This document shows, piece after piece, positions 11,001-19,432 of a DNA stretch of 64,000 nt. Source of the DNA: Candidatus Eiseniibacteriota bacterium. GTDB taxonomy: Bacteria > Eisenbacteria > RBG-16-71-46. The notes under the pieces are model-generated. The model was not told the DNA's origin. It ran no database searches and worked only from the letters and a program-made list of their open reading frames with translations. The position numbers were made by a program, and so were the translations under genes. The number at the start of each line of letters is the position of its first letter. Position 1 is the stretch's first letter. The stretch is taken from NCBI GenBank assembly GCA_963776245.1, contig CAVZLN010000007.1, forward strand, positions 32,001-96,000, written 5' to 3'.

Positions 11001-11048
11001 GTCGCGCCGCGCCGGCGAGCGCCGGCGGGAGCCGCCGTCACGCCCTGA
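8010..11048 (+). CDS. Bitopic membrane protein: degenerate PP2C-like N-terminal domain, long Pro/Ala/Glu linker, TM helix, three PEGA domains
   Basis: ATG at 8010 after AAGGAG; TM WTWVAVVVALFLGGWIV; PEGA repeats VNSRPSGAWIAVDG...LPPGEHAI, VTFDGRDVGFAP...PGAHDL, AAVFVDGEPSGSTP...PRGPHSV. Confidence 0.75.
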   Translation: MNQALAAATQWMVSARADGEILTAGAGSDGLEFCVVGFPDRFTPEEIAGWVNDLTGVARETATGDTRARTIPPLLHHALTGLLFSHAELWESDGITRPCSAAFVVADGRVAFGWVGEALSEVWVDDGPLEDVYTRVRDDEGREALGIAFDPGCRVRVRLTWTALPGATHAPSAVIEAEWAGATPAFEARVTGAPVAARADSAGEEVEIVSVVARSTAPEAQARQDVEHAAAAEPEFAGSTAAEPAASSPSVEMAPSDMAPASRVVEEATAAIELPGTARAKRGLLGRISSWLRRPKVAGSAGEAAEPGEPPHDASPVRSAAAAPDIAEAEARVPDPAAHPSTPRLEPATGTHEDLFPVSPAPPALARLDVEIEDPHVRVLGPVAADRTPPLLHVPRFEDPTVAGPPRLRVVRVGEESGEWDASPPSPGVPAPAARGPVAIPVAPAPGRAPVHDPSTPAPGPGPIPAAPAADWEPPPSMIADPLADSFEEEALAAALAALAAEVQSDAPPPAVEDAMPAAAVPPAAPAALPSSQSMRAALSARALARSAPVPEARAEAGPLVVQPPPSAEPIPVTVVRAREEAQDTPVPPPAEAPNAPAAESPPSRVPLRPEWPSAAQQMASVPVWKKPWTWVAVVVALFLGGWIVGGLQRDPGQAPRRSPLAALVRGLGLGGARFDVMVNSRPSGAWIAVDGKDLARRTPASIDLPPGEHAITLSITELGSATFKVRGERGERVALDAPLWGTIDVYAANGAPPVTVTFDGRDVGFAPVSLDSVQPGAHDLRFSGPGMPAWGQPVELHVGQRAEVVARPMTSPATGMLEVRASITDDQGTRALAGAAVFVDGEPSGSTPLTLELPRGPHSVRITYRDQTAPVQVIDLPGGNQRFAQFELALGVDRPHLVALESPTRFAAGGTGVVSAGLDGVSANDVREMWLHVRTPEGAWRRYQMAMLKSPTGVVGVVVFPSNLFTPGTRARWYASATVSTGDEYFTEIGNADIGEVAPRRRAPAGAAVTP

Positions 11049-11064
11049 TCCCGTCGCCCGCGGA

Positions 11065-11097
11065 ACGAGGCCCGTCCACGTCGTGGACGGGCCTCGT
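11065..11097. terminator. Perfect 16-bp inverted repeat (terminator-like hairpin or operator)
   Basis: ACGAGGCCCGTCCACG-T-CGTGGACGGGCCTCGT, 16 nt after the PEGA gene stop. Confidence 0.55.
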
Positions 11098-11159
11098 CGC
11101 GTAACGGCCCGCGCGGGTGCGCCGGTGCAGAACCGGCGCTGGCACGGCTCTTCCGCTGG

Positions 11160-13571
11160 ATGCGCCGCATGGGCGGACGCACGGCGGTGGCGGTGGCGGC
11201 GATGGTGTGGCTCGGCCTGCTCGCGGGGACCGGACTGTCTCCGCGGACGTGTGGCACGGTGCTGGGCTTCGCGCTGGCCCTGGCGCCGATCGCGTGGCGC
11301 GGGCCGGTGCGCACCGGCACGGCGGCGCTCCTGGTGGCGGTGGCGCTCGCCGCGGCGGCGCGTGCCGGCGCGCAGCGCGCGGTGCTCGCGGTGGAGCGGG
11401 CGGCGCTGGTGCGCGCTGGCGGGTTCTATCGTGTCGAGGCGCGGGTCACCGGCCCGCCGCTGCGCGCCTCGGGAGAGCCGGTGGCGGTGCTCACGGTCGA
11501 GCGGGCCCGCCCCGCGCTGCCGGGCGGGGCGCGCGTGCGCGTGCGCCTGCCGGCCGGCGACGGCGTGGAATGGGGCGACCGGGTGCGCGTGCTGGCGCGT
11601 CTCGAAGTGCCGCTCACGGCCCGCGACCCGGGCGGCTTCGATGCGCGCGCGGCCGCCGATGCGGCCCACCTGTGCGCGACCGGGCGGGCGCCGAGTGTCG
11701 AGCGGCTCGGCGGCGCGGTGCCGCTCGGCTGGCCGCGCGCCACCGTGGCGCGCGCGCGCCGCGCGCTCGAGCACGTGTACGACACGCGGCTCTCGGCGTC
11801 GGCGCGCGCGCTCGTGGTGCCGCTGGTGACCGGCGATCGCTCGGACATGCCGCCGGGGGTCGAGGCCGACTTCCGCGCGTCGGGGCTGGTGCACCTGCTC
11901 GCGCTCTCGGGCCTGCACGTGGTGTGGCTCGCCGCGCTCGCACGCGGGCTCGCGGGCGCGCTCGGCGGGGGAGTGCGCGCCCGGGCGCTGGCGGGCGCGC
12001 TGTGCGCGCTCGGGTACGTGGGGATCGCCGGGCCGCTGCCGTCGCTGGCGCGCGCGGCGGCATCGGAACTGGCCGGCGCCGCGGCGAAGCTGCGCGGGCG
12101 GGCGCTCGACGCGGTGCAGGCGCTGGCGCTCGCGGCGCTCGCGCTGCTGGTGTGCTTCCCCGGCTGGGCCCACGACCTCGGCTTCCAGCTCTCGTGCGCG
12201 GCGACGCTCGGGCTGGTCACCGTCGCCGCGTGGCTGGACGCGCGCGCGGGACGCTGGCGCGCCTGGCTCGCGGCGTTCACGCCGACCGCCGGGGCGCAAT
12301 TGTGCGCGCTGCCGCTGTTGCTCGCGCGCTTCCATGCGGTGTCGTGGGTGGCCGGGGTCGCGAATCTGGCCGCGGTGCCGGTGTCGGGTCTGCTGCTGAC
12401 CGCGGCGTGGGTGGGAGCGCTGCTCGAGCTGGGCTGGCCCGGCGCCGGCCACCTGTGCCTGTCGGCGTGCGAGCTGCTCGCGCGGGCGCTGGGCGCGCTG
12501 GCGGCACTGGCCGCGCGCGTGCCGAGCGCGCTGGTGCCGTGCGGCAGCGAGCCCGCGACCGCGGCCTTCGCCGCCCTCGGCGCGGCGTTGCTGGCCTGGG
12601 CGCTGGCGCCACGGGCCACGCTGGCGGCGAACACGGCGCCCACGCCGCCCGCACGCCGGCTCGCGGCCTGGGCGGGCGCGTGGTGCGTCGCGCTGGCGCT
12701 GGCGCTCGCGGCCTCCGCGCGCCCGCTGGCACCGCCTCCGGAGCGGACCTGGCTGGTGGCGCTCGACGTGGGGCAGGGCGATGCCATCGCGCTCGCCCAC
12801 GGCGGCGGGTGGTGGCTGGTGGACGCGGGGCCGCGCACGCCGCGATTCGACGCCGGAGAGAGCGTGGTGCTCCCGTTCCTGCGCTGGGCGGGTGTGCGCC
12901 GGCTCGACGCGCTGGTGGTCACCCATGACGACAACGACCATCGCGGGGGCGTGCCGGCCGTGCTCCGGGCCATGCCGGTGGCGCGGGTGTGGGCGCCGGT
13001 GCCGCGGCCCGGAGCGGCCGGCCCGGCGGCGCGTTTCCACGCCCGCACCGCGGCGCGCGGGGACACGCTGTCGCGCGCCCCGCGGCTGATCGTGCGCTGG
13101 CCGCCGCGCGACGAGCCGCCGCTCATCGACGCCCTGTCGACCGCGGACAACCAGGCCGCACTCATCCTCGAGGTGGGCGCCGGCCGCGGGCGGGCGCTGT
13201 TGCTCGCCGATGCCGACAGCGTGGTGGAAGCGGCCCTCGACATCGCCCCCGGGGTGGCGCTGCTGAAGGCCGGCCACCACGGCTCCGGCGCCTCGAGCGG
13301 AGCCGTCTTCGCGGGCCGCCTGCGTCCGTCGGTCGCCATCCTGTCGTGCGGCCGGCGCAATCCGTTCGGCCACCCGCACCGCGGGGCGCTCGAGCGGCTG
13401 GCGGCGAGCGGTGCGCGCCTCGATCGCACCGATGTCGCGGGCGCGCTGTGGTACGAGCTGGACGCCGACGGGTGGCGCGACGTGGATTGGCGCTCCGCCC
13501 GGCCCGGGAGCGCGGCGGCCCGCCCGCCACCGGCGCCGGCATGCGCGGCGCGGGCGCCGCGGCGCCGCTGA
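11160..13571 (+). CDS. comEC: DNA uptake competence protein ComEC/Rec2
   Basis: Competence-domain SGLVHLLALSGLHV and GFQLS, many TM helices; MBL domain LDVGQGDA, THDDNDH, AGHHGS, NPFGHPH. Confidence 0.9.
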   Translation: MRRMGGRTAVAVAAMVWLGLLAGTGLSPRTCGTVLGFALALAPIAWRGPVRTGTAALLVAVALAAAARAGAQRAVLAVERAALVRAGGFYRVEARVTGPPLRASGEPVAVLTVERARPALPGGARVRVRLPAGDGVEWGDRVRVLARLEVPLTARDPGGFDARAAADAAHLCATGRAPSVERLGGAVPLGWPRATVARARRALEHVYDTRLSASARALVVPLVTGDRSDMPPGVEADFRASGLVHLLALSGLHVVWLAALARGLAGALGGGVRARALAGALCALGYVGIAGPLPSLARAAASELAGAAAKLRGRALDAVQALALAALALLVCFPGWAHDLGFQLSCAATLGLVTVAAWLDARAGRWRAWLAAFTPTAGAQLCALPLLLARFHAVSWVAGVANLAAVPVSGLLLTAAWVGALLELGWPGAGHLCLSACELLARALGALAALAARVPSALVPCGSEPATAAFAALGAALLAWALAPRATLAANTAPTPPARRLAAWAGAWCVALALALAASARPLAPPPERTWLVALDVGQGDAIALAHGGGWWLVDAGPRTPRFDAGESVVLPFLRWAGVRRLDALVVTHDDNDHRGGVPAVLRAMPVARVWAPVPRPGAAGPAARFHARTAARGDTLSRAPRLIVRWPPRDEPPLIDALSTADNQAALILEVGAGRGRALLLADADSVVEAALDIAPGVALLKAGHHGSGASSGAVFAGRLRPSVAILSCGRRNPFGHPHRGALERLAASGARLDRTDVAGALWYELDADGWRDVDWRSARPGSAAARPPPAPACAARAPRRR

Positions 13572-13623
13572 GTGGCCGGGCGCGTCCGGGTCCGCCGCGG
13601 TCGCCGATGACGAGGTCGAGGGC

Positions 13624-13652
13624 TTGCCCGCCCGCGGGGGGCTTGCTAGATT
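13624..13652 (+). promoter_or_regulatory. Sigma70-type promoter with extended -10, probably giving a leaderless purN transcript
   Basis: TTGCCC (13624-13629), 17-nt spacer, TGC-TAGATT (13647-13652); GTG start 5 nt downstream, no SD. Confidence 0.55.
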
Positions 13653-13657
13653 GCGCC

Positions 13658-14296
13658 GTGCCCTCCTCCACGCGCACGTTGGCCGTGCTCGCCTCCGGCC
13701 GCGGCACCAATTTCGAGGCGCTGGTGCAGGCCGAGCGCCGCGGCGCGCTGGGCGGCCGCATCGCGGTGCTGGCGTGCGACACGCCGGGCGCGGGCGCGAT
13801 CGAGCGCGCGCGGCGGCTCGAGGTCGAGGCGATCACGCCGCCCACCGGCCGCCTCACCACGCGCCTCGAGGACGAGCAGCCGTGGATCGACGCCCTGCGC
13901 CAGCGCGGTGTGGACACCGTGCTGCTGGCCGGCTTCATGCGCCGGCTGCACGCGCCGTTCCTCGCGGCCTTCGCGGGGCGCATCCTCAATCTCCATCCGT
14001 CGCTGTTGCCGGCGTTCCCCGGTCTCGACTCGATCCGCCAGGCGTGGGCGCACGGCGCGCGCGTCACCGGCTGCACGGTGCACCTGGTGGACGACTCGCT
14101 CGACGGGGGACCGATCGTGGCGCAGAGCGCCGTCGAGGTGCGCGACGACGACACCCTCGAGCGGCTCGAGGCGCGCGTCCACGAGGCCGAGCACGTCCTC
14201 TACCCGCTGGCGGTGCGGCGCTTCCTGACCGAGTCGGTCCGCATCGCGGGCCGCCGGATCGAGTTCGGCGCTCCCTCGGAGCTCCGCCATGGCTGA
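13658..14296 (+). CDS. purN: Phosphoribosylglycinamide formyltransferase
   Basis: LAVLASGRGTNF, LLAGFMR, ILNLHPSLLPAFPG, TGCTVHLVD..LDGGPI. Confidence 0.93.
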   Translation: MPSSTRTLAVLASGRGTNFEALVQAERRGALGGRIAVLACDTPGAGAIERARRLEVEAITPPTGRLTTRLEDEQPWIDALRQRGVDTVLLAGFMRRLHAPFLAAFAGRILNLHPSLLPAFPGLDSIRQAWAHGARVTGCTVHLVDDSLDGGPIVAQSAVEVRDDDTLERLEARVHEAEHVLYPLAVRRFLTESVRIAGRRIEFGAPSELRHG

Positions 14297-15044
14297 GCGC
14301 CCGCGGCTCGAAGCGGTGATCTTCGACGCCGGCGGCACGCTGGTGCGGCTCGACTTCGAGTGGATGAGCGACGTGCTCGCCGACTTCGACCGCACCATCC
14401 CGCCGCGCGCGCTGCGCCGGAGCGAGATCGAGGGGCGCCGCTGGTACGACGCCAGCCGCGGGCGCCCCGCGGCCGCGGAGCCGCGCCACGCGGCGCTCGG
14501 TGTGCACGGGGACACCGCCGCGTACTTCACCGGGATGCTCGCCGCCGCCGGCGCGCCGGAAGCCATCGTGCCCCGGGTGCTCGAGCGCTTCTTCGCCCGT
14601 CATCTCGAGCGCGGCCTGTGGACGCGGCCGTGCGAAGGCGCGCGCGCGGCGCTCGACGCGCTGGCCGCGCTGCCGCTGCGGCTGGCCTGCGTCTCGAACT
14701 CCGACGGGCGCGCCGAAGCCCACCTCGCCGACTGCGGGGTGCGCGAGGGCCTCGAGTTCGTGGTCGACTCGAAGCAGGTCGGCATCGAGAAGCCCGATCC
14801 GCGCATCTTCGCGCTCGCCCTCGAGCGGCTGGGCGTGGCGCCGGAACGGTCGCTCTACGTCGGCGACATCCGGTCGGTGGACGAGGTGGGGGCGCGGGCT
14901 GCGGGCATGCACTTCGTGTTGCTCGACCCGGGGATGGACTACGGCGAGGGCGATGCGCGCATCCCGGCCATCGACGCCCTGGCGCCGTGGGTCACGGCGC
15001 ACTTCGAGCTGCCGGAGACTCGCGCCGGCGCGCCACGCTACTAG
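14289..15044 (+). CDS. HAD-superfamily hydrolase (subfamily IA)
   Basis: Motif I IFDAGGTL, motif II VSNSD, motif III EKPDPRIF, motif IV YVGDIRSVD. Confidence 0.85.
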   Translation: MAERPRLEAVIFDAGGTLVRLDFEWMSDVLADFDRTIPPRALRRSEIEGRRWYDASRGRPAAAEPRHAALGVHGDTAAYFTGMLAAAGAPEAIVPRVLERFFARHLERGLWTRPCEGARAALDALAALPLRLACVSNSDGRAEAHLADCGVREGLEFVVDSKQVGIEKPDPRIFALALERLGVAPERSLYVGDIRSVDEVGARAAGMHFVLLDPGMDYGEGDARIPAIDALAPWVTAHFELPETRAGAPRY

Positions 15045-15061
15045 ATGAGGAGGATCGGCAC

Positions 15062-16008
15062 ATGAGCGCGGCCCGGACCCCGATCGAGATCCCCGCCGAG
15101 TGGCTGGATCCCGCGCGCGCGATGGCCGAGGTCGAGGTCCCGGGGGCGCGCATCTGGCGCCGCGGCAAGGTGCGCACGGTGTACGAGGCCGGCCCCGCGC
15201 ACCTCGTCGTCGTCGCGAGCGACCGGCTGTCCGCCTACGACTCGATCCTGCCCACGCCCATCCCGGGCAAGGGCGCCATCCTCTCGAGCCTCTCCGCGTT
15301 CTGGATGCGCACGCTCGCCAGCGCCGCGCCCCATCACCTGGTGAGCGACGACCCCGCCAGCTTCCCGGCGCCGTTCGCCGCCGCGGCGGACCGCCTGCGC
15401 GGGCGCGCGCAGCTGGTGCGCCGGGCCGAGCGCATCGACGTCGAGTGCGTGGTGCGCGGCCACCTCACGGGCGCGGGGTGGAAGGAGTACCGCCAGGGGG
15501 GCATGGTGTGCGGCCTCGCGCTGCCCCGCCGGACTGCGCGAGGGCGCGCGGCTCGAGCCCGCGATCTTCACGCCCGCGACGAAGCACGACACCGGGCACG
15601 ACGAGAACCTCCCGTTCGAGCGCATGGCGGCGATGCTCTGGCGCCGAGACCGCCGCGGCGCTGCGCGCGCGCGCCCTCGCGCTCTACGAGGAGGCGCGCG
15701 CGATCGCCTGGGCGCGCGGACTGGTGCTGGTGGACACCAAGTTCGAGTTCGGCCGGGTGGACGGCGCGCTCACGCTCATCGACGAGGCGCTCACGCCCGA
15801 CTCCTCGCGCTACTGGGACCGCGCGGCGTACGAGGCCGGGCGGCTGGAGTCGTTCGACAAGCAGATCGTGCGCGACTGGCTCGACCGGAGCGGCTGGGAC
15901 CACGAGCCGCCGGCCCCCGCGCTGCCGGCCGAGGTGGTGCGCCGCACCCAGGAGCGCTACCTCGAGTGCGTGCGGCGTCTGAGCGGCGGCGGGGGAGGAG
16001 CGCCATGA
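15062..16008 (+). CDS. purC: SAICAR synthetase; two frameshifts (near 15525 and 15638)
   Basis: RGKVRTVY, SDRLSAYD, IPGKG, ECVVRG in the first frame; IFTPATK..GHDEN in a second frame; LVDTKFEFG, IDEALTPDSSRYW, SFDKQ in a third. Confidence 0.85.
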
Positions 16009-17537
16009 CGTGGCCGAAGGCCGCACTGCTCTCGCTCTCCGACCGCACCGGCGCGGCTGAGTTCGCACGCGCGCTCGCCGCGCGGGGCACGCGCCTGCTG
16101 GCCAGCGGCGGGACCGCCCGGCACCTCGCCGAGGCCGGGCTCGCGGTCACCCCGCTGGAGGAATGGACCGGCTTCGCCGAGATGCTCGGCGGCCGGGTGA
16201 AGACGCTGCACCCGCACGTGCACGGCCCGATCCTCGCGCGCCGTGAGGTCCCGGGCGACCTCGCGGCGCTCGCGGAGCGCGGACTGGAGCCGATCGACCT
16301 GGTGGCCGTGACGCTCTATCCGTTCGAGGAGCGGGGTGCCCGGCTCGACGACGCGGGCATGGTCGAGGAGATCGACATCGGCGGGGTGGCGTTGCTGCGC
16401 GCCGCGGCCAAGAACCACGCGAGCGTGATCGTGGTGCACGATCCGGCGCACTACGGCGAGGTGCTGGCCGCGCTCGAGGGCGACGGCCCGTCGCCCGGTC
16501 AGCGCCGCGCGTGGGCGCTGCGCACCTTCGCGCGCACCGCGCGCTACGACGCCGCCATCGCCACCGAACTGGCGCGGCGCCAGGCGCCGGACGCCCCGCC
16601 GCCGGTGCACGTGCTGGCGCTCGAGCGCGTGCGCACGCTGCGCTACGGCGAGAACCCGCACCAGGAGGCCGCGCTCTACGCGCGCGCCGGAGGCGGCGCG
16701 GCGCTCGCGGCGTGGCGCGAGGGCAAGGAGCTCTCGTACAACAACCTGCTCGACCTCGAGGCCGCGGTCGATCTGGTGGCGCGCTTCGACGGGCCGGCGT
16801 GCGTGATCGTGAAGCACGGACAGCCGTGCGGCGCGGCGTGCGCCGGGACGCCGGCCGCGGCGTATCAGCAGGCCCTGAAGTCCGACGAGCTCTCGGCGTT
16901 CGGCGGCATCGTGGCGTTCAACCGGACGCTCGACGGCGCGACCGCCGCACCGCTCGCGCGGCAGTTCGTGGAGTGCGTGGCGGCGCCCGACATCGCGCCC
17001 GAGGCGGACGCCGCGCTGGCGGGGAAGAAGAACCTGCGCGTGGTGCGCCTGGTAGCCGCCGATCTCGCGAGCGCCGACCCGTGGCGGGCGCGTTTCGTCG
17101 GGCCGTGGGCCCTGCTCCAGCGCGACACCGGCGGCGCGCCCCCGGAATGGAAGGTGGTCACCGCGCGCGTGCCGGCGCCCGAGGAGATGCGCGCGCTGCG
17201 CTTCGCGTGGGAGGTGGCCTCCGCCGCGCGCTCGAACGCCATCGCGCTCGCGCGCGGCACCTGGCTGGTGGGGATCGGCAGCGGCCAGACCTCGCGCGTG
17301 GACGCGGTGGACGTGGCCCTGATGAAGGCGCGGCGCGCGGGCCACGACGTGCGGGGGGCGGTGCTCGCGAGCGATGGGTTCCTGCCGTTCGCCGACAACG
17401 TCGAGCACGCGGCGGAGGCCGGCATCACCGCGGTGGTGCAGCCGGGGCGCTCGATGCGCGACGGCGAGGTGATCGACGCGTGCGACCGGCTGGGGATCGC
17501 GATGGTGTTCACGGAGCGACGGACGTTCCGGCATTGA
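16005..17537 (+). CDS. purH: Bifunctional AICAR transformylase / IMP cyclohydrolase
   Basis: ALLSLSDRTG, GGRVKTLHP, EEIDIGG, LRYGENPHQ, KELSYNNLLD, GIGSGQTSRVD, C-terminal RTFRH. Confidence 0.93.
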   Translation: MTWPKAALLSLSDRTGAAEFARALAARGTRLLASGGTARHLAEAGLAVTPLEEWTGFAEMLGGRVKTLHPHVHGPILARREVPGDLAALAERGLEPIDLVAVTLYPFEERGARLDDAGMVEEIDIGGVALLRAAAKNHASVIVVHDPAHYGEVLAALEGDGPSPGQRRAWALRTFARTARYDAAIATELARRQAPDAPPPVHVLALERVRTLRYGENPHQEAALYARAGGGAALAAWREGKELSYNNLLDLEAAVDLVARFDGPACVIVKHGQPCGAACAGTPAAAYQQALKSDELSAFGGIVAFNRTLDGATAAPLARQFVECVAAPDIAPEADAALAGKKNLRVVRLVAADLASADPWRARFVGPWALLQRDTGGAPPEWKVVTARVPAPEEMRALRFAWEVASAARSNAIALARGTWLVGIGSGQTSRVDAVDVALMKARRAGHDVRGAVLASDGFLPFADNVEHAAEAGITAVVQPGRSMRDGEVIDACDRLGIAMVFTERRTFRH

Positions 17538-17612
17538 GCGCACGCGGCGGGCGCCGGTCTTGACCGCCGTCCGGCCGCGGGGTAAGAGTGCCACTCGAGG
17601 AGGTGCCCCGGC

Positions 17613-17870
17613 ATGGACTCGGACCGCCGTCACGTGATCTCGCTCGCCGCCTACGCGACCGCGGCGATCCTGCTGTTGTTCTTCTTCGTCCGCCCGCTGT
17701 GGGCGTGGGCGATGTGGAACGAGGCAGGGGGCACGCTCGACCTCGGCTTCGTGCGATTCACCACGCGGCCCCCGTTCCCGGCCGACGCGCGCAGCGTGAT
17801 CGTCGGGCTGGTGCTCCCCATCGCGCTGGCCGCCACCGGCCGCATCCTCCAGATGGCGCGGCGGGACTAG
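17613..17870 (+). CDS. Small hypothetical membrane protein (two TM helices)
   Basis: Strong SD GAGGAGG; two hydrophobic segments; GC-rich third positions; possible TTGACC promoter at 17560. Confidence 0.65.
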   Translation: MDSDRRHVISLAAYATAAILLLFFFVRPLWAWAMWNEAGGTLDLGFVRFTTRPPFPADARSVIVGLVLPIALAATGRILQMARRD

Positions 17871-17889
17871 CCGGTGTCGGAGCCGCCCG

Positions 17890-19432
17890 ATGCCCCGTGA
17901 GCTCGTCCTCATCCTCGACTTCGGCTCGCAGTACACGCAGCTGATCGCGCGCCGGGTGCGGGAGCTCGGGGTGTTCTCCGAGATCGTGCGCGGCGACACC
18001 CCGCTCGCGGAGATCCGTGACCGCCGGCCGAGCGCGCTCATCCTGTCGGGCTCCCCGGCGTCCGGCTATCAGGCGGCGGCGCCGCTGCCCGACCCCGGGA
18101 TCTACGGACTGAAGAAGCCGCTGCTCGGCATCTGCTACGGCTTCCAGGTGACCGTGCACCTGACCGGCGGCGTGGTGGCGCAGGCCGCGCGCGCCGAGTA
18201 CGGCACCGCGACCTTCGTGCAGGACGGCCGGTCGCCGCTGTTCGCCGGCGTGCCGAAGCGCTTCCGCGCCTGGATGAGCCATGGTGACGAGGTCCGGGCG
18301 CTGGGCGACGGCTGGCGGCGGCTGGCCCACACCTCGAACTGCGCGTTCGCCGCGGCGCAGCACACGCACCTGCCGTTTTACCTCATCCAGTTCCATCCCG
18401 AGGTGGTGCACTCGCCCTAGGGCCGGCAGGTGCTCCACAACTTCCTGTTCCGGGTCGCGCGGCTGAAGGGCGGCTGGAGCATGAAGGGATTCGTGAAGCA
18501 GGCGATCGCGGACATCCACACGCGGGTGGGGGCCCGCGGCCAGGTGCTGCTGGGGCTCTCGGGCGGGGTGGACTCCACGGTCGCGGCGACGCTGCTCCAC
18601 CGCGCCATCGGCGCCGCGCCTGAAGTGCGTGCTGGTGAACCACGGCATGCTGCGCGAGGGTGAGGCGGAGGAGGTGGCGCTCGAGCTGGGTGCGAAGCGC
18701 AATCTCGACCTCACGGTGGTGGACGCGCGACGGCGCTTCCTCGACCGGCTCGCGGGGGTGACCGACCCGGAGCAGAAGCGCAAGGTGATCGGCGACGAGT
18801 TCATCGCGGTGTTCGAGGAGGAGGCGAAGAAGCACGGCCCGGTCGCGTTCCTCGCCCAGGGCACGCTCTACCCGGACGTCATCGAGAGCGCGTCGGCCGG
18901 CTGGGGCGCGCAGGTCATCAAGTCGCACCACAACGTCGGCGGACTGCCCGCGCACATGGATCTCGAGCTGGTCGAGCCCCTGCGCTGGCTGTTCAAGGAC
19001 GAGGTGCGCGCGCTCGGCCGCGAGCTGGGCCTGCCGGACCACCTGGTGGACCGCCACCCGTTCCCCGGGCCGGGGCTCGCGGTGCGCACGCTCGCCGCGG
19101 TGAACGAACGCGACCTCGAGATCCTGCGCCGGGCCGACGCCATCTTCATCGAGGAGCTGCGGCGCGCGAAGTGGTACGGGCGGACGTGGCAGGCGTTCGC
19201 GGTGCTGCTGCCGGTGCACACGGTGGGCGTCAAGGGCGACGAACGCTCGTACGAAAAGGTCATCGCGCTGCGCGCGGTGAACTCGAGCGACGGCATGACC
19301 GCGGACTGGACGCGCCTGCCGGCCTCGCTGCTCGAGCGCGCGGCGAGCCGCATCGCCAACGAGGTGCGGGGGGTGAACCGCGTGGTGTACGACGTCACCA
19401 GCAAGCCGCCGGCGACCATCGAGTGGGAATGA
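17890..19432 (+). CDS. guaA: GMP synthase (glutamine-hydrolysing); in-frame TAG at 18418-18420 and frameshift near 18612
   Basis: [81 protein letters not shown]. Confidence 0.9.

Noticed and set aside
7338..13379. 2013-aa minus-strand ORF and many other long overlapping ORFs (for example 18868-21867, 27012-29768, 52411-55302)
   Set aside because: Shadow ORFs caused by scarce stop codons in GC-rich DNA; Arg/Ala/Gly-rich with no motifs, and they overlap well-supported genes
15520..15645. Programmed ribosomal frameshifting in purC or secA
   Set aside because: No slippery heptamers; scattered single-base indels in several unrelated genes fit sequencing error better
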